A stretch of DNA of 64,000 nucleotides from the human T2T-CHM13v2.0 reference genome, Homo sapiens: NCBI RefSeq assembly GCF_009914755.1, contig NC_060940.1; one strand, 5' to 3'. The notes under the pieces are model-generated. The model was not told where the DNA came from and made no database searches. It saw nothing but the letters and a program-made list of their open reading frames with translations. The first letter of the stretch is position 1. Every line of letters begins with the position of its first letter. Positions 1 through 11,532 of this stretch are shown piece after piece. The translations under genes were made by a program, and so were the position numbers.

Positions 1-129
1 AGGAATTCCCAGTAACTTCCTTGTGTTGTGTGCATTCAACTCACAGAGTTGAATGATTCTTTACACAGAGCAGATTTGAGACACTCTTTTGGTGGAATTT
101 GTAAGTGGAGAATTCAGCCGCTTTGAGGT

Positions 130-146
130 CAACGGTAGAAAAGGAA
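130..146 (+). other. pJalpha-like motif of the A-type monomer (alternates with the CENP-B box)
   Basis: CAACGGTAGAAAAGGAA sits at the position homologous to the CENP-B box in alternate monomers and resembles the pJalpha site of A-type alphoid monomers. Confidence 0.7.
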
Positions 147-296
147 ATATCTTCGTATAAAAACTAGACAGAATGATTCTCAGAAACTGTTTTGTGATGT
201 GTGCGTTCAACTCACAGAGTTTAACCTTTCTTTTCAGAGAGCAGTTAGGAAACACTCTGTAAAGTCTGCAAGTGGATATTCAGACCTCTTTGAGGC

Positions 297-313
297 CTTC
301 GTTGGAAACGGGA
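297..313 (+). other. CENP-B box (dimer A); first of roughly 188 boxes at ~340-bp spacing
   Basis: CTTCGTTGGAAACGGGA is an exact match to the canonical 17-bp CENP-B box (core TTCG....A..CGGG). Confidence 0.97.
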
Positions 314-636
314 TTTCTTCATATTATGCTAGACAGATGAATTCTCAGTAACTTCCTTGTGTTGTGTGTATTCAACTCACAGAGTTGAACGATCCTTTAC
401 ACAGAGCAGATTTGAAACACTGTTTTTCTGGAATTTGCAAGTGGAGATTTCAGCCGCTTTGAGGTCAATGGTAGAAAAGGAAATATCTTCGTATAAAAAC
501 TAGACAGAATGATTCTCAGAAACTCCTTTGTGATGTGTGCGTTCAACTCACAGAGTTTAACCTTTCTTTTCACAGAGCAGTTAGGAAACACTCTGTTTGT
601 GAAGCCTGCCAGTGGATATTCGGACCTCTTTCAGGC

Positions 637-653
637 CTTCGTTGGAAACGGGA
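637..653 (+). other. CENP-B box (dimer B)
   Basis: CTTCGTTGGAAACGGGA, 340 bp after the previous box. Confidence 0.95.
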
Positions 654-976
654 TTTCTTCATATTATGCTAGACAGAAGATTTCTCAGTAACTTCTTTGT
701 GTTGTGTGTATGCAACTCACAGAGTTCAACCTTCCTTTAGACAGAGCAGATTTGAAACACTCTTTTTGTGGAATTTGCAAGTGGAGATTTCAAGCGCTTC
801 GATGCCAATGGTAGAAAAGGAAATATCTTCATATAAAAACAAGACAAACTCGTTCCCAGACACTGCGTAGTGATGTGTGTGTTTAACTCACAGAGTTTAA
901 CCTTTCTTTTCATACAGCATTCTGGAAACCCTCTGTTTGTAAAGTCTGCAAGTCGATATTTGGACCTCTTAGATGC

Positions 977-993
977 CTTCGTTGGAAACGGGA
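977..993 (+). other. CENP-B box (dimer C)
   Basis: CTTCGTTGGAAACGGGA. Confidence 0.95.
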
Positions 994-1314
994 TTTCTTC
1001 ATATAATGCTAGAGGGAAGAATTCTTAGTAACTTCTTTGTGTTGTGTGTATTCAACTGACAGAGTTGAACCTTCCTTTAGACAGAGCAGATTTGAAAGTC
1101 TCTTTTTGTGGAATTTGCAAGTGGAGATTTCAAGCGCTTTGAGGCCAAAAGCAGAAAAGGAAATATTTTCCTATAAAACCTCGACAGAATCTTTCTCAGA
1201 AACTGCTCTGGGATGTGTGCGTTCAACTCACAGAGTTTAACTTTTCTTTTCATTCAGCGTTTGGAAACACTCTGTTTGGAAAGTCTGCCTTGGATATTTT
1301 GACCTCTTTGAGGC

Positions 1315-1331
1315 CTTCGTTGGAAACGGGT
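1315..1331 (+). other. CENP-B box (dimer D)
   Basis: CTTCGTTGGAAACGGGT; core intact, followed by a T-run. Confidence 0.92.
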
Positions 1332-1654
1332 TTTTTTCATGTAAGGCTAGACAGAAGAAATCTCAGTAACTTCCTTGTGTTGTGTGTATTCAACTGACAG
1401 AGTTGAACCTTCCTTTAGACAGAGCAGATTCGAAACACTCTTTTTCTGCAATTTGCAAGTGGAGACTTCAAGCGCTTTGAGGCCAAAGGCAGAAAAGGAA
1501 ATATCTTCGTATAAGAACCCGACAGAATCATTCTCAGAAACTGCTCTGTGATGTGTGCGTTCAACTCACAGAGTTTAACTTTTCTTTTCATTCAGCAGTT
1601 TGGAAACACTCTGTTTGTAAAGTCTGCAAGTGGATATCTTGGCCTCTTAGAGGC

Positions 1655-1671
1655 CTTCGTTGGAAACGGGT
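1655..1671 (+). other. CENP-B box (dimer E)
   Basis: CTTCGTTGGAAACGGGT; core intact in this copy, but changed to ..ACGCGT in 12 other copies. Confidence 0.92.
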
Positions 1672-2869
1672 TTTTTCATGTAAGGATAGACAGAGGAATT
1701 CCCAGTAACTTCCTTGTGTTGTGTGCATTCAACTCACAGAGTTGAATGATTCTTTACACAGAGCAGATTTGAGACACTCTTTTGGTGGAATTTGTAAGTG
1801 GAGAATTCAGCCGCTTTGAGGTCAACGGTAGAAAAGGAAATATCTTCGTATAAAAACTAGACAGAATGATTCTCAGAAACTGTTTTGTGATGTGTGCGTT
1901 CAACTCACAGAGTTTAACCTTTCTTTTCAGAGAGCAGTTAGGAAACACTCTGTAAAGTCTGCAAGTGGATATTCAGACCTCTTTGAGGCCTTCGTTGGAA
2001 ACGGGATTTCTTCATATTATGCTAGACAGATGAATTCTCAGTAACTTCCTTGTGTTGTGTGTATTCAACTCACAGAGTTGAACGATCCTTTACACAGAGC
2101 AGATTTGAAACACTGTTTTTCTGGAATTTGCAAGTGGAGATTTCAGCCGCTTTGAGGTCAATGGTAGAAAAGGAAATATCTTCGTATAAAAACTAGACAG
2201 AATGATTCTCAGAAACTCCTTTGTGATGTGTGCGTTCAACTCACAGAGTTTAACCTTTCTTTTCACAGAGCAGTTAGGAAACACTCTGTTTGTGAAGCCT
2301 GCCAGTGGATATTCGGACCTCCTTCAGGCCTTCGTTGGAAACGGGATTTCTTCATATTATGCTAGACAGAAGATTTCTCAGTAACTTCTTTGTGTTGTGT
2401 GTATGCAACTCACAGAGTTCAACCTTCCTTTAGACAGAGCAGATTTGAAACACTCTTTTTGTGGAATTTGCAAGTGGAGATTTCAAGCGCTTCGATGCCA
2501 ATGGTAGAAAAGGAAATATCTTCGTATAAAAACAAGACAAACTCGTTCCCAGACACTGCGTAGTGATGTGTGTGTTTAACTCACAGAGTTTAACCTTTCT
2601 TTTCATACAGCATGCTGGAAACCCTCTGTTTGTAAAGTCTGCAAGTGGATATTTGGACCTCTTAGATGCCTTCGTTGGAAACGGGATTTCTTCATATAAT
2701 GCTAGAGGGAAGAATTCTTAGTAACTTCTTTGTGTTGTGTGTATTCAACTGACAGAGTTGAACCTTCCTTTAGACAGAGCAGATTTGAAAGTCTCTTTTT
2801 GTGGAATTTGCAAGTGGAGATTTCAAGCGCTTTGAGGCCAAAAGCAGAAAAGGAAATATTTTCCTATAA

Positions 2870-5800
2870 AAACTAGAGAGAATCATTCTCAGAAACTGCT
2901 CTGTGATGTGTGTGTTCAACTCACAGAGTTTAACTTTCTTTTCATTCAGCAGTTTGGAAACACTCTGTTTGGAAAGTCTGCACGTGGATATTTTGACCTC
3001 TTTGAGGCCTTCGTTGGAAACGGGTTTTTTTCATGTAAGGCTAGACAGAAGAAATCTCAGTAACTTCCTTGTGTTGTGTGTATTCAACTGACAGAGTTGA
3101 ACCTTCCTTTAGACAGAGCAGATTCGAAACGCTCTTTTTCTGCAATTTGCAAGTGGAGACTTCAAGCGCTTTGAGGCCAAAGGCAGAAAAGGAAATATCT
3201 TCGTAGAAAAACCCGACAGAATCATTCTCAGAAACTGCTCTGTGATGTGTGCGTTCAACTCACAGAGTTTAACTTTTCTTTTCATTCAGCAGTTTGGAAA
3301 CACTCTGTTTGTAAAGTCTGCAAGTGGATATCTTGGCCTCTTAGAGGCCTTCGTTGGAAACGCGTTTTTTCATGTAAGGTTAGACAGAGGAATTCCCAGT
3401 AACTTCCTTGTGTTGTGTGCATTCAACTCACAGAGTTGAATGATTCTTTACACAGAGCAGATTTGAGACACTCTTTTGGTGGAATTTGTAAGTGTAGAAT
3501 TCAGCTGCTTTGAGGTCAACGGTAGAAAAGGAAATATCTTCGTATAGAAACTAGACAGAATGATTCTCAGAAACTGTTTTGTGATGTGTGCGTTCAACTC
3601 ACAGAGTTTAACCTTTCTTTTCAAAGAGCAGTTAGGAAACACTCTGTTTGTAAAGTCTGCAAGTGGATATTCAGACCTCTTTGAAGCCTTCGTTGGAAAC
3701 GGGATTTCATCATATTATGCTAGACAGATGAATTCTCAGTAACTTCCTTGTGTTGTGTGTATTCAACTCACAGAGTTGAACGATCCTTTACACAGAGCAG
3801 ATTTGAAACACTGTTTTTCTGGAATTTGCAAGTGGAGATTTCAGCCGCTTTGAGGTCAATGGTAGAAAAGGAAATATCTTCGTATAAAAACTGGACAGAA
3901 TGATTCTCAGAAACTCCTTTGTGATGTGTGCGTTCAACTCACAGAGTTTAACCTTTCTTTTCACAGAGCAGTTAGGAAACACTCTGTTTGTGAAGCCTGC
4001 CAGGGGATATTCGGACCTCTTTGAGGCCTTCGTTGGAAACGGGATTTCTTCATATTTTGCTAGACAGAAGATTTCTCAGTAACTTCTTTGTGTTGTGTGT
4101 ATACAGCTCACAGAGTTCAACCTTCCTTTAGACAGAGCAGATTTGAAACACTCTTTTTGTGGAATTTGCAAGTGGAAATTTCAAGCGCATCGATGCCAAT
4201 GGTAGAAAAGGAAATATCTTCGTATAAAAACAAGACAAACTCGTTCCCAGACACTGCGTAGTGATGTGTGTGTTTAACTCACAGAGTTTAACCTTTCTTT
4301 TCATACAGCATTCTGGAAACCCTGTGTTTGTAAAGTCTGCAAGTGGATATTTGGACCTCTTAGATGCCTTCGTTGGAAACGGGATTTCCTCATATAATGC
4401 TAGAGGGAAGAATTCTTAGTAACTTCTTTGTGTTGTGTGTATTCAACTGACAGAGTTGAACCTTCCTTTAGACAGAGCAGATTTGAAAGTCTCTTTTTGT
4501 GGAATTTGCAAGTGGAGATTTCAAGCGCTTTGAGGCCGAAAGCAGAAAAGGAAATATTTTCTAATAAAAACTAGACAGAATCTTTCTCAGAAACTGCTCT
4601 GGGATGTGTGCGTTCAACTCACAGAGTTTAACTTTTCTTTTCATTCAGCAGTTTGGAAACACTCTGTTTGGAAAGTCTGCACGTGGATATTTTGACCTCT
4701 TTGAGGCCTTCGTTGGAAACGGGTTTTTTTCATGTAAGGCTAGACAGAAGAAATCTCAGTAACTTCCTTGTGTTGTGTGTATTCAACTGACAGAGTTGAA
4801 CCTTCCTTTGACAGAGCAGATTCGAAACACTCTTTTTCTGCAATTTGCAAGTGGAGACTTCAAGCGCTTTGAGGCCAAAGGCAGAAAAGGAAATATCTTC
4901 GTATAAAAACCCGACAGAATCATTCTCAGAAACTGCTCTGTGATGTGTGCGTTCAACTCACAGAGTTTAACTTTTCTTTTCATTCAGCAGTTTGGAAACA
5001 CTCTGTTTGTAAAGTCTGCAAGTGGATATCTTGGCCTCTTAGAGGCCTTCGTTGGAAACGGGTTTTTTCATTTAAGGTTAGACAGAGGAATTCCCAGTAA
5101 CTTCCTTGTGTTGTGTGCATTCAACTCACAGAGTTGAATGATTCTTTACACAGAGCAGATTTGAGACACTCTTTGGGTGGAATTTGTAAGTGGAGAATTC
5201 AGCCGCTTTGAGGTCAACGGTAGAAAAGGAAATATCTTCGTATAAAAACTAGACAGAATGATTCTCAGAAACTGTTTTGTGATGTGTGCGTTCAACTCAC
5301 AGAGTTTAACCTTTCTTTTCAAAGAGCAGTTAGGAAACACTCTGTAAAGTCTGCAAGTGGATATTCAGACCTCTTTGAGGCCTTCGTTGGAAACGGGATT
5401 TCTTCATATTATGCTAGACAGATGAATTCTCAGTAACTTCCTTGTGTTGTGTGTATTCAACTCACAGAGTTGAACGATCCTTTACACAGAGCAGATTTGA
5501 AACACTGTTTTTCTGGAATTTGCAAGTGGAGATTTCAGCCGCTTTGAGGTCAATGGTAGAAAAGGAAATATCTTCGTATAAAAACTAGACAGAATGATTC
5601 TCAGAAACTCCTTTGTGATGTGTGCGTTCAACTCACAGAGTTTAACCTTTCTTTTCACAGAGCAGTTAGGAAACACTCTGTTTGTGAAGCCTGCCAGTGG
5701 ATATTCGGACCTCTTTGAGGCCTTCGTTGGAAACGGGATTTCTTCATATTATGCTAGACAGAAGATTTCTCAGTAACTTCTTTGTGTTGTGTGTATGCAA

Positions 5801-8800
5801 CTCACAGAGTTCAACCTTCCTTTAGACAGAGCAGATTTGAAACACTCTTTTTGTGGAATTTGCAAGTGGAGATTTCAAGCGCTTCGATGCCAATGGTAGA
5901 AAAGGAAATATCTTCGTATAAAAACAAGACAAACTCGTTCCCAGACACTGCGTAGTGATGTGTGTGTTTAACTCACAGAGTTTAACCTTTCTTTTCATAC
6001 AGCATTCTGGAAACCCTCTGTTTGTAAAGTCTGCAAGTGGATATTTGGACCTCTTAGATGCCTTCGTTGGAAAAGGGATTTCTTCATATAATGCTAGAGG
6101 GAAGAATTCTTAGTAACTTCTTTGTGTTGTGTGTATTCAACTGACAGAGTTGAACCTTCCTTTAGACAGAGCAGATTTGAAAGTCTCTTTTTGTGGAATT
6201 TGCAAGTGGAGATTTCAAGCGCTTTGAGGCCAAAAGCAGAAAAGGAAATATTTTCCTATAAAAACTAGAGAGAATCATTCTCAGAAACTGCTCTGTGATG
6301 TGTGTGTTCAACTCACAGAGTTTAACTTTCTTTTCATTCAGCAGTTTGGAAACACTCTGTTTGGAAAGTCTGCACGTGGATATTTTGACCTCTTTGAGGC
6401 CTTCGTTGGAAACGGGTTTTTTTCATGTAAGGCTAGACAGAAGAAATCTCAGTAACTTCCTTGTGTTGTGTGTATTCAACTGACAGAGTTGAACCTTCCT
6501 TTAGACAGAGCAGATTCGAAACGCTCTTTTTCTGCAATTTGCAAGTGGAGACTTCAAGCGCTTTGAGGCCAAAGGCAGAAAAGGAAATATCTTCGTAGAA
6601 AAACCCGACAGAATCATTCTCAGAAACTGCTCTGTGATGTGTGCGTTCAACTCACAGAGTTTAACTTTTCTTTTCATTCAGCAGTTTGGAAACACTCTGT
6701 TTGTAAAGTCTGCAAGTGGATATCTTGGCCTCTTAGAGGCCTTCGTTGGAAACGCGTTTTTTCATGTAAGGTTAGACAGAGGAATTCCCAGTAACTTCCT
6801 TGTGTTGTGTGCATTCAACTCACAGAGTTGAATGATTCTTTACACAGAGCAGATTTGAGACACTCTTTTGGTGGAATTTGTAAGTGTAGAATTCAGCTGC
6901 TTTGAGGTCAACGGTAGAAAAGGAAATATCTTCGTATAGAAACTAGACAGAATGATTCTCAGAAACTGTTTTGTGATGTGTGCGTTCAACTCACAGAGTT
7001 TAACCTTTCTTTTCAAAGAGCAGTTAGGAAACACTCTGTTTGTAAAGTCTGCAAGTGGATATTCAGACCTCTTTGAAGCCTTCGTTGGAAACGGGATTTC
7101 ATCATATTATGCTAGACAGATGAATTCTCAGTAACTTCCTTGTGTTGTGTGTATTCAACTCACAGAGTTGAACGATCCTTTACACAGAGCAGATTTGAAA
7201 CACTGTTTTTCTGGAATTTGCAAGTGGAGATTTCAGCCGCTTTGAGGTCAATGGTAGAAAAGGAAATATCTTCGTATAAAAACTGGACAGAATGATTCTC
7301 AGAAACTCCTTTGTGATGTGTGCGTTCAACTCACAGAGTTTAACCTTTCTTTTCACAGAGCAGTTAGGAAACACTCTGTTTGTGAAGCCTGCCAGGGGAT
7401 ATTCGGACCTCTTTGAGGCCTTCGTTGGAAACGGGATTTCTTCATATTTTGCTAGACAGAAGATTTCTCAGTAACTTCTTTGTGTTGTGTGTATACAGCT
7501 CACAGAGTTCAACCTTCCTTTAGACAGAGCAGATTTGAAACACTCTTTTTGTGGAATTTGCAAGTGGAAATTTCAAGCGCATCGATGCCAATGGTAGAAA
7601 AGGAAATATCTTCGTATAAAAACAAGACAAACTCGTTCCCAGACACTGCGTAGTGATGTGTGTGTTTAACTCACAGAGTTTAACCTTTCTTTTCATACAG
7701 CATTCTGGAAACCCTGTGTTTGTAAAGTCTGCAAGTGGATATTTGGACCTCTTAGATGCCTTCGTTGGAAACGGGATTTCCTCATATAATGCTAGAGGGA
7801 AGAATTCTTAGTAACTTCTTTGTGTTGTGTGTATTCAACTGACAGAGTTGAACCTTCCTTTAGACAGAGCAGATTTGAAAGTCTCTTTTTGTGGAATTTG
7901 CAAGTGGAGATTTCAAGCGCTTTGAGGCCGAAAGCAGAAAAGGAAATATTTTCTAATAAAAACTAGACAGAATCTTTCTCAGAAACTGCTCTGGGATGTG
8001 TGCGTTCAACTCACAGAGTTTAACTTTTCTTTTCATTCAGCAGTTTGGAAACACTCTGTTTGGAAAGTCTGCACGTGGATATTTTGACCTCTTTGAGGCC
8101 TTCGTTGGAAACGGGTTTTTTTCATGTAAGGCTAGACAGAAGAAATCTCAGTAACTTCCTTGTGTTGTGTGTATTCAACTGACAGAGTTGAACCTTCCTT
8201 TAGACAGAGCAGATTCGAAACACTCTTTTTCTGCAATTTGCAAGTGGAGACTTCAAGCGCTTTGAGGCCAAAGGCAGAAAAGGAAATATCTTCGTATAAA
8301 AACCCGACAGAATCATTCTCAGAAACTGCTCTGTGATGTGTGCGTTCAACTCACAGAGTTTAACTTTTCTTTTCATTCAGCAGTTTGGAAACACTCTGTT
8401 TGTAAAGTCTGCAAGTGGATATCTTGGCCTCTTAGAGGCCTTCGTTGGAAACGGGTTTTTTCATTTAAGGTTAGAAAGAGGAATTCCCAGTAACTTCCTT
8501 GTGTTGTGTGCATTCAACTCACAGAGTTGAATGATTCTTTACACAGAGCAGATTTGAGACACTCTTTGGGTGGAATTTGTAAGTGGAGAATTCAGCCGCT
8601 TTGAGGTCAACGGTAGAAAAGGAAATATCTTCGTATAAAAACTAGACAGAATGATTCTCAGAAACTGTTTTGTGATGTGTGCGTTCAACTCACAGAGTTT
8701 AACCTTTCTTTTCAAAGAGCAGTTAGGAAACACTCTGTAAAGTCTGCAAGTGGATATTCAGACCTCTTTGAGGCCTTCGTTGGAAACGGGATTTCTTCAT

Positions 8801-11490
8801 ATTATGCTAGACAGATGAATTCTCAGTAACTTCCTTGTGTTGTGTGTATTCAACTCACAGAGTTGAACGATCCTTTACACAGAGCAGATTTGAAACACTG
8901 TTTTTCTGGAATTTGCAAGTGGAGATTTCAGCCGCTTTGAGGTCAATGGTAGAAAAGGAAATATCTTCGTATAAAAACTAGACAGAATGATTCTCAGAAA
9001 CTCCTTTGTGATGTGTGCGTTCAACTCACAGAGTTTAACCTTTCTTTTCACAGAGCAGTTAGGAAACACTCTGTTTGTGAAGCCTGCCAGTGGATATTCG
9101 GACCTCTTTGAGGCCTTCGTTGGAAACGGGATTTCTTCATATTATGCTAGACAGAAGATTTCTCAGTAACTTCTTTGTGTTGTGTGTATGCAACTCACAG
9201 AGTTCAACCTTCCTTTAGACAGAGCAGATTTGAAACACTCTTTTTGTGGAATTTGCAAGTGGAGATTTCAAGCGCTTCGATGCCAATGGTAGAAAAGGAA
9301 ATATCTTCGTATAAAAACAAGACAAACTCGTTCCCAGACACTGCGTAGTGATGTGTGTGTTTAACTCACAGAGTTTAACCTTTCTTTTCATACAGCATTC
9401 TGGAAACCCTCTGTTTGTAAAGTCTGCAAGTGGATATTTGGACCTCTTAGATGCCTTCGTTGGAAACGGGATTTCTTCATATAATGCTAGAGGGAAGAAT
9501 TCTTAGTAACTTCTTTGTGTTGTGTGTATTCAACTGACAGAGTTGAACCTTCCTTTAGACAGAGCAGATTTGAAAGTCTCTTTTTGTGGAATTTGCAAGT
9601 GGAGATTTCAAGCGCTTTGAGGCCAAAAGCAGAAAAGGAAATATTTTCCTATAAAAACTAGAGAGAATCATTCTCAGAAACTGCTCTGTGATGTGTGTGT
9701 TCAACTCACAGAGTTTAACTTTCTTTTCATTCAGCAGTTTGGAAACACTCTGTTTGGAAAGTCTGCACGTGGATATTTTGACCTCTTTGAGGCCTTCGTT
9801 GGAAACGGGTTTTTTTCATGTAAGGCTAGACAGAAGAAATCTCAGTAACTTCCTTGTGTTGTGTGTATTCAACTGACAGAGTTGAACCTTCCTTTAGACA
9901 GAGCAGATTCGAAACGCTCTTTTTCTGCAATTTGCAAGTGGAGACTTCAAGCGCTTTGAGGCCAAAGGCAGAAAAGGAAATATCTTCGTAGAAAAACCCG
10001 ACAGAATCATTCTCAGAAACTGCTCTGTGATGTGTGCGTTCAACTCACAGAGTTTAACTTTTCTTTTCATTCAGCAGTTTGGAAACACTCTGTTTGTAAA
10101 GTCTGCAAGTGGATATCTTGGCCTCTTAGAGGCCTTCGTTGGAAACGCGTTTTTTCATGTAAGGTTAGACAGAGGAATTCCCAGTAACTTCCTTGTGTTG
10201 TGTGCATTCAACTCACAGAGTTGAATGATTCTTTACACAGAGCAGATTTGAGACACTCTTTTGGTGGAATTTGTAAGTGTAGAATTCAGCTGCTTTGAGG
10301 TCAACGGTAGAAAAGGAAATATCTTCGTATAGAAACTAGACAGAATGATTCTCAGAAACTGTTTTGTGATGTGTGCGTTCAACTCACAGAGTTTAACCTT
10401 TCTTTTCAAAGAGCAGTTAGGAAACACTCTGTTTGTAAAGTCTGCAAGTGGATATTCAGACCTCTTTGAAGCCTTCGTTGGAAACGGGATTTCATCATAT
10501 TATGCTAGACAGATGAATTCTCAGTAACTTCCTTGTGTTGTGTGTATTCAACTCACAGAGTTGAACGATCCTTTACACAGAGCAGATTTGAAACACTGTT
10601 TTTCTGGAATTTGCAAGTGGAGATTTCAGCCGCTTTGAGGTCAATGGTAGAAAAGGAAATATCTTCGTATAAAAACTGGACAGAATGATTCTCAGAAACT
10701 CCTTTGTGATGTGTGCGTTCAACTCACAGAGTTTAACCTTTCTTTTCACAGAGCAGTTAGGAAACACTCTGTTTGTGAAGCCTGCCAGGGGATATTCGGA
10801 CCTCTTTGAGGCCTTCGTTGGAAACGGGATTTCTTCATATTTTGCTAGACAGAAGATTTCTCAGTAACTTCTTTGTGTTGTGTGTATACAGCTCACAGAG
10901 TTCAACCTTCCTTTAGACAGAGCAGATTTGAAACACTCTTTTTGTGGAATTTGCAAGTGGAAATTTCAAGCGCATCGATGCCAATGGTAGAAAAGGAAAT
11001 ATCTTCGTATAAAAACAAGACAAACTCGTTCCCAGACACTGCGTAGTGATGTGTGTGTTTAACTCACAGAGTTTAACCTTTCTTTTCATACAGCATTCTG
11101 GAAACCCTGTGTTTGTAAAGTCTGCAAGTGGATATTTGGACCTCTTAGATGCCTTCGTTGGAAACGGGATTTCCTCATATAATGCTAGAGGGAAGAATTC
11201 TTAGTAACTTCTTTGTGTTGTGTGTATTCAACTGACAGAGTTGAACCTTCCTTTAGACAGAGCAGATTTGAAAGTCTCTTTTTGTGGAATTTGCAAGTGG
11301 AGATTTCAAGCGCTTTGAGGCCGAAAGCAGAAAAGGAAATATTTTCTAATAAAAACTAGACAGAATCTTTCTCAGAAACTGCTCTGGGATGTGTGCGTTC
11401 AACTCACAGAGTTTAACTTTTCTTTTCATTCAGCAGTTTGGAAACACTCTGTTTGGAAAGTCTGCACGTGGATATTTTGACCTCTTAGAG
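2870..11490 (+). repeat. Two-HOR super-repeat (period 3392-3393 bp), ~2.5 copies
   Basis: Variant ORFs recur at 2903/6295/9688, 3448/6840/10233 and 3900/7292/10685; HOR haplotypes X and Y alternate. Confidence 0.88.
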
Positions 11491-11532
11491 GCCTTCGTTG
11501 GAAACGGGATTTCTTCATATTATGCTAGACAG
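10513..11532 (+). repeat. 6-mer structural-variant HOR (B-C-D, 1020 bp; dimers E and A skipped)
   Basis: The dimer-B ORF recurs at 10573 and 11593 (offset 1020). Dimer D sequence (TGCACGTGGATATTTTGACC) runs through the CENP-B box at 11493-11509 into the A-tail (ATTTCTTCATATTATGCTAGACAGATGAATTC). Confidence 0.93.

Noticed and set aside
156-163. TATAAAAA TATA-like motif in every dimer
   Set aside because: It is a standard part of the alphoid monomer end, with no evidence of promoter function from sequence alone.
1328-1340. GGG followed by a T6-T7 run after the D/E boxes resembling a terminator or Pol III stop
   Set aside because: There is no hairpin or upstream promoter elements; it is part of the monomer sequence.
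2981-2986. E-box CACGTG once per HOR in dimer D
   Set aside because: A 6-mer match is expected by chance, it is lost in some copies (TGCCTTGG), and nothing in the sequence supports a regulatory role.
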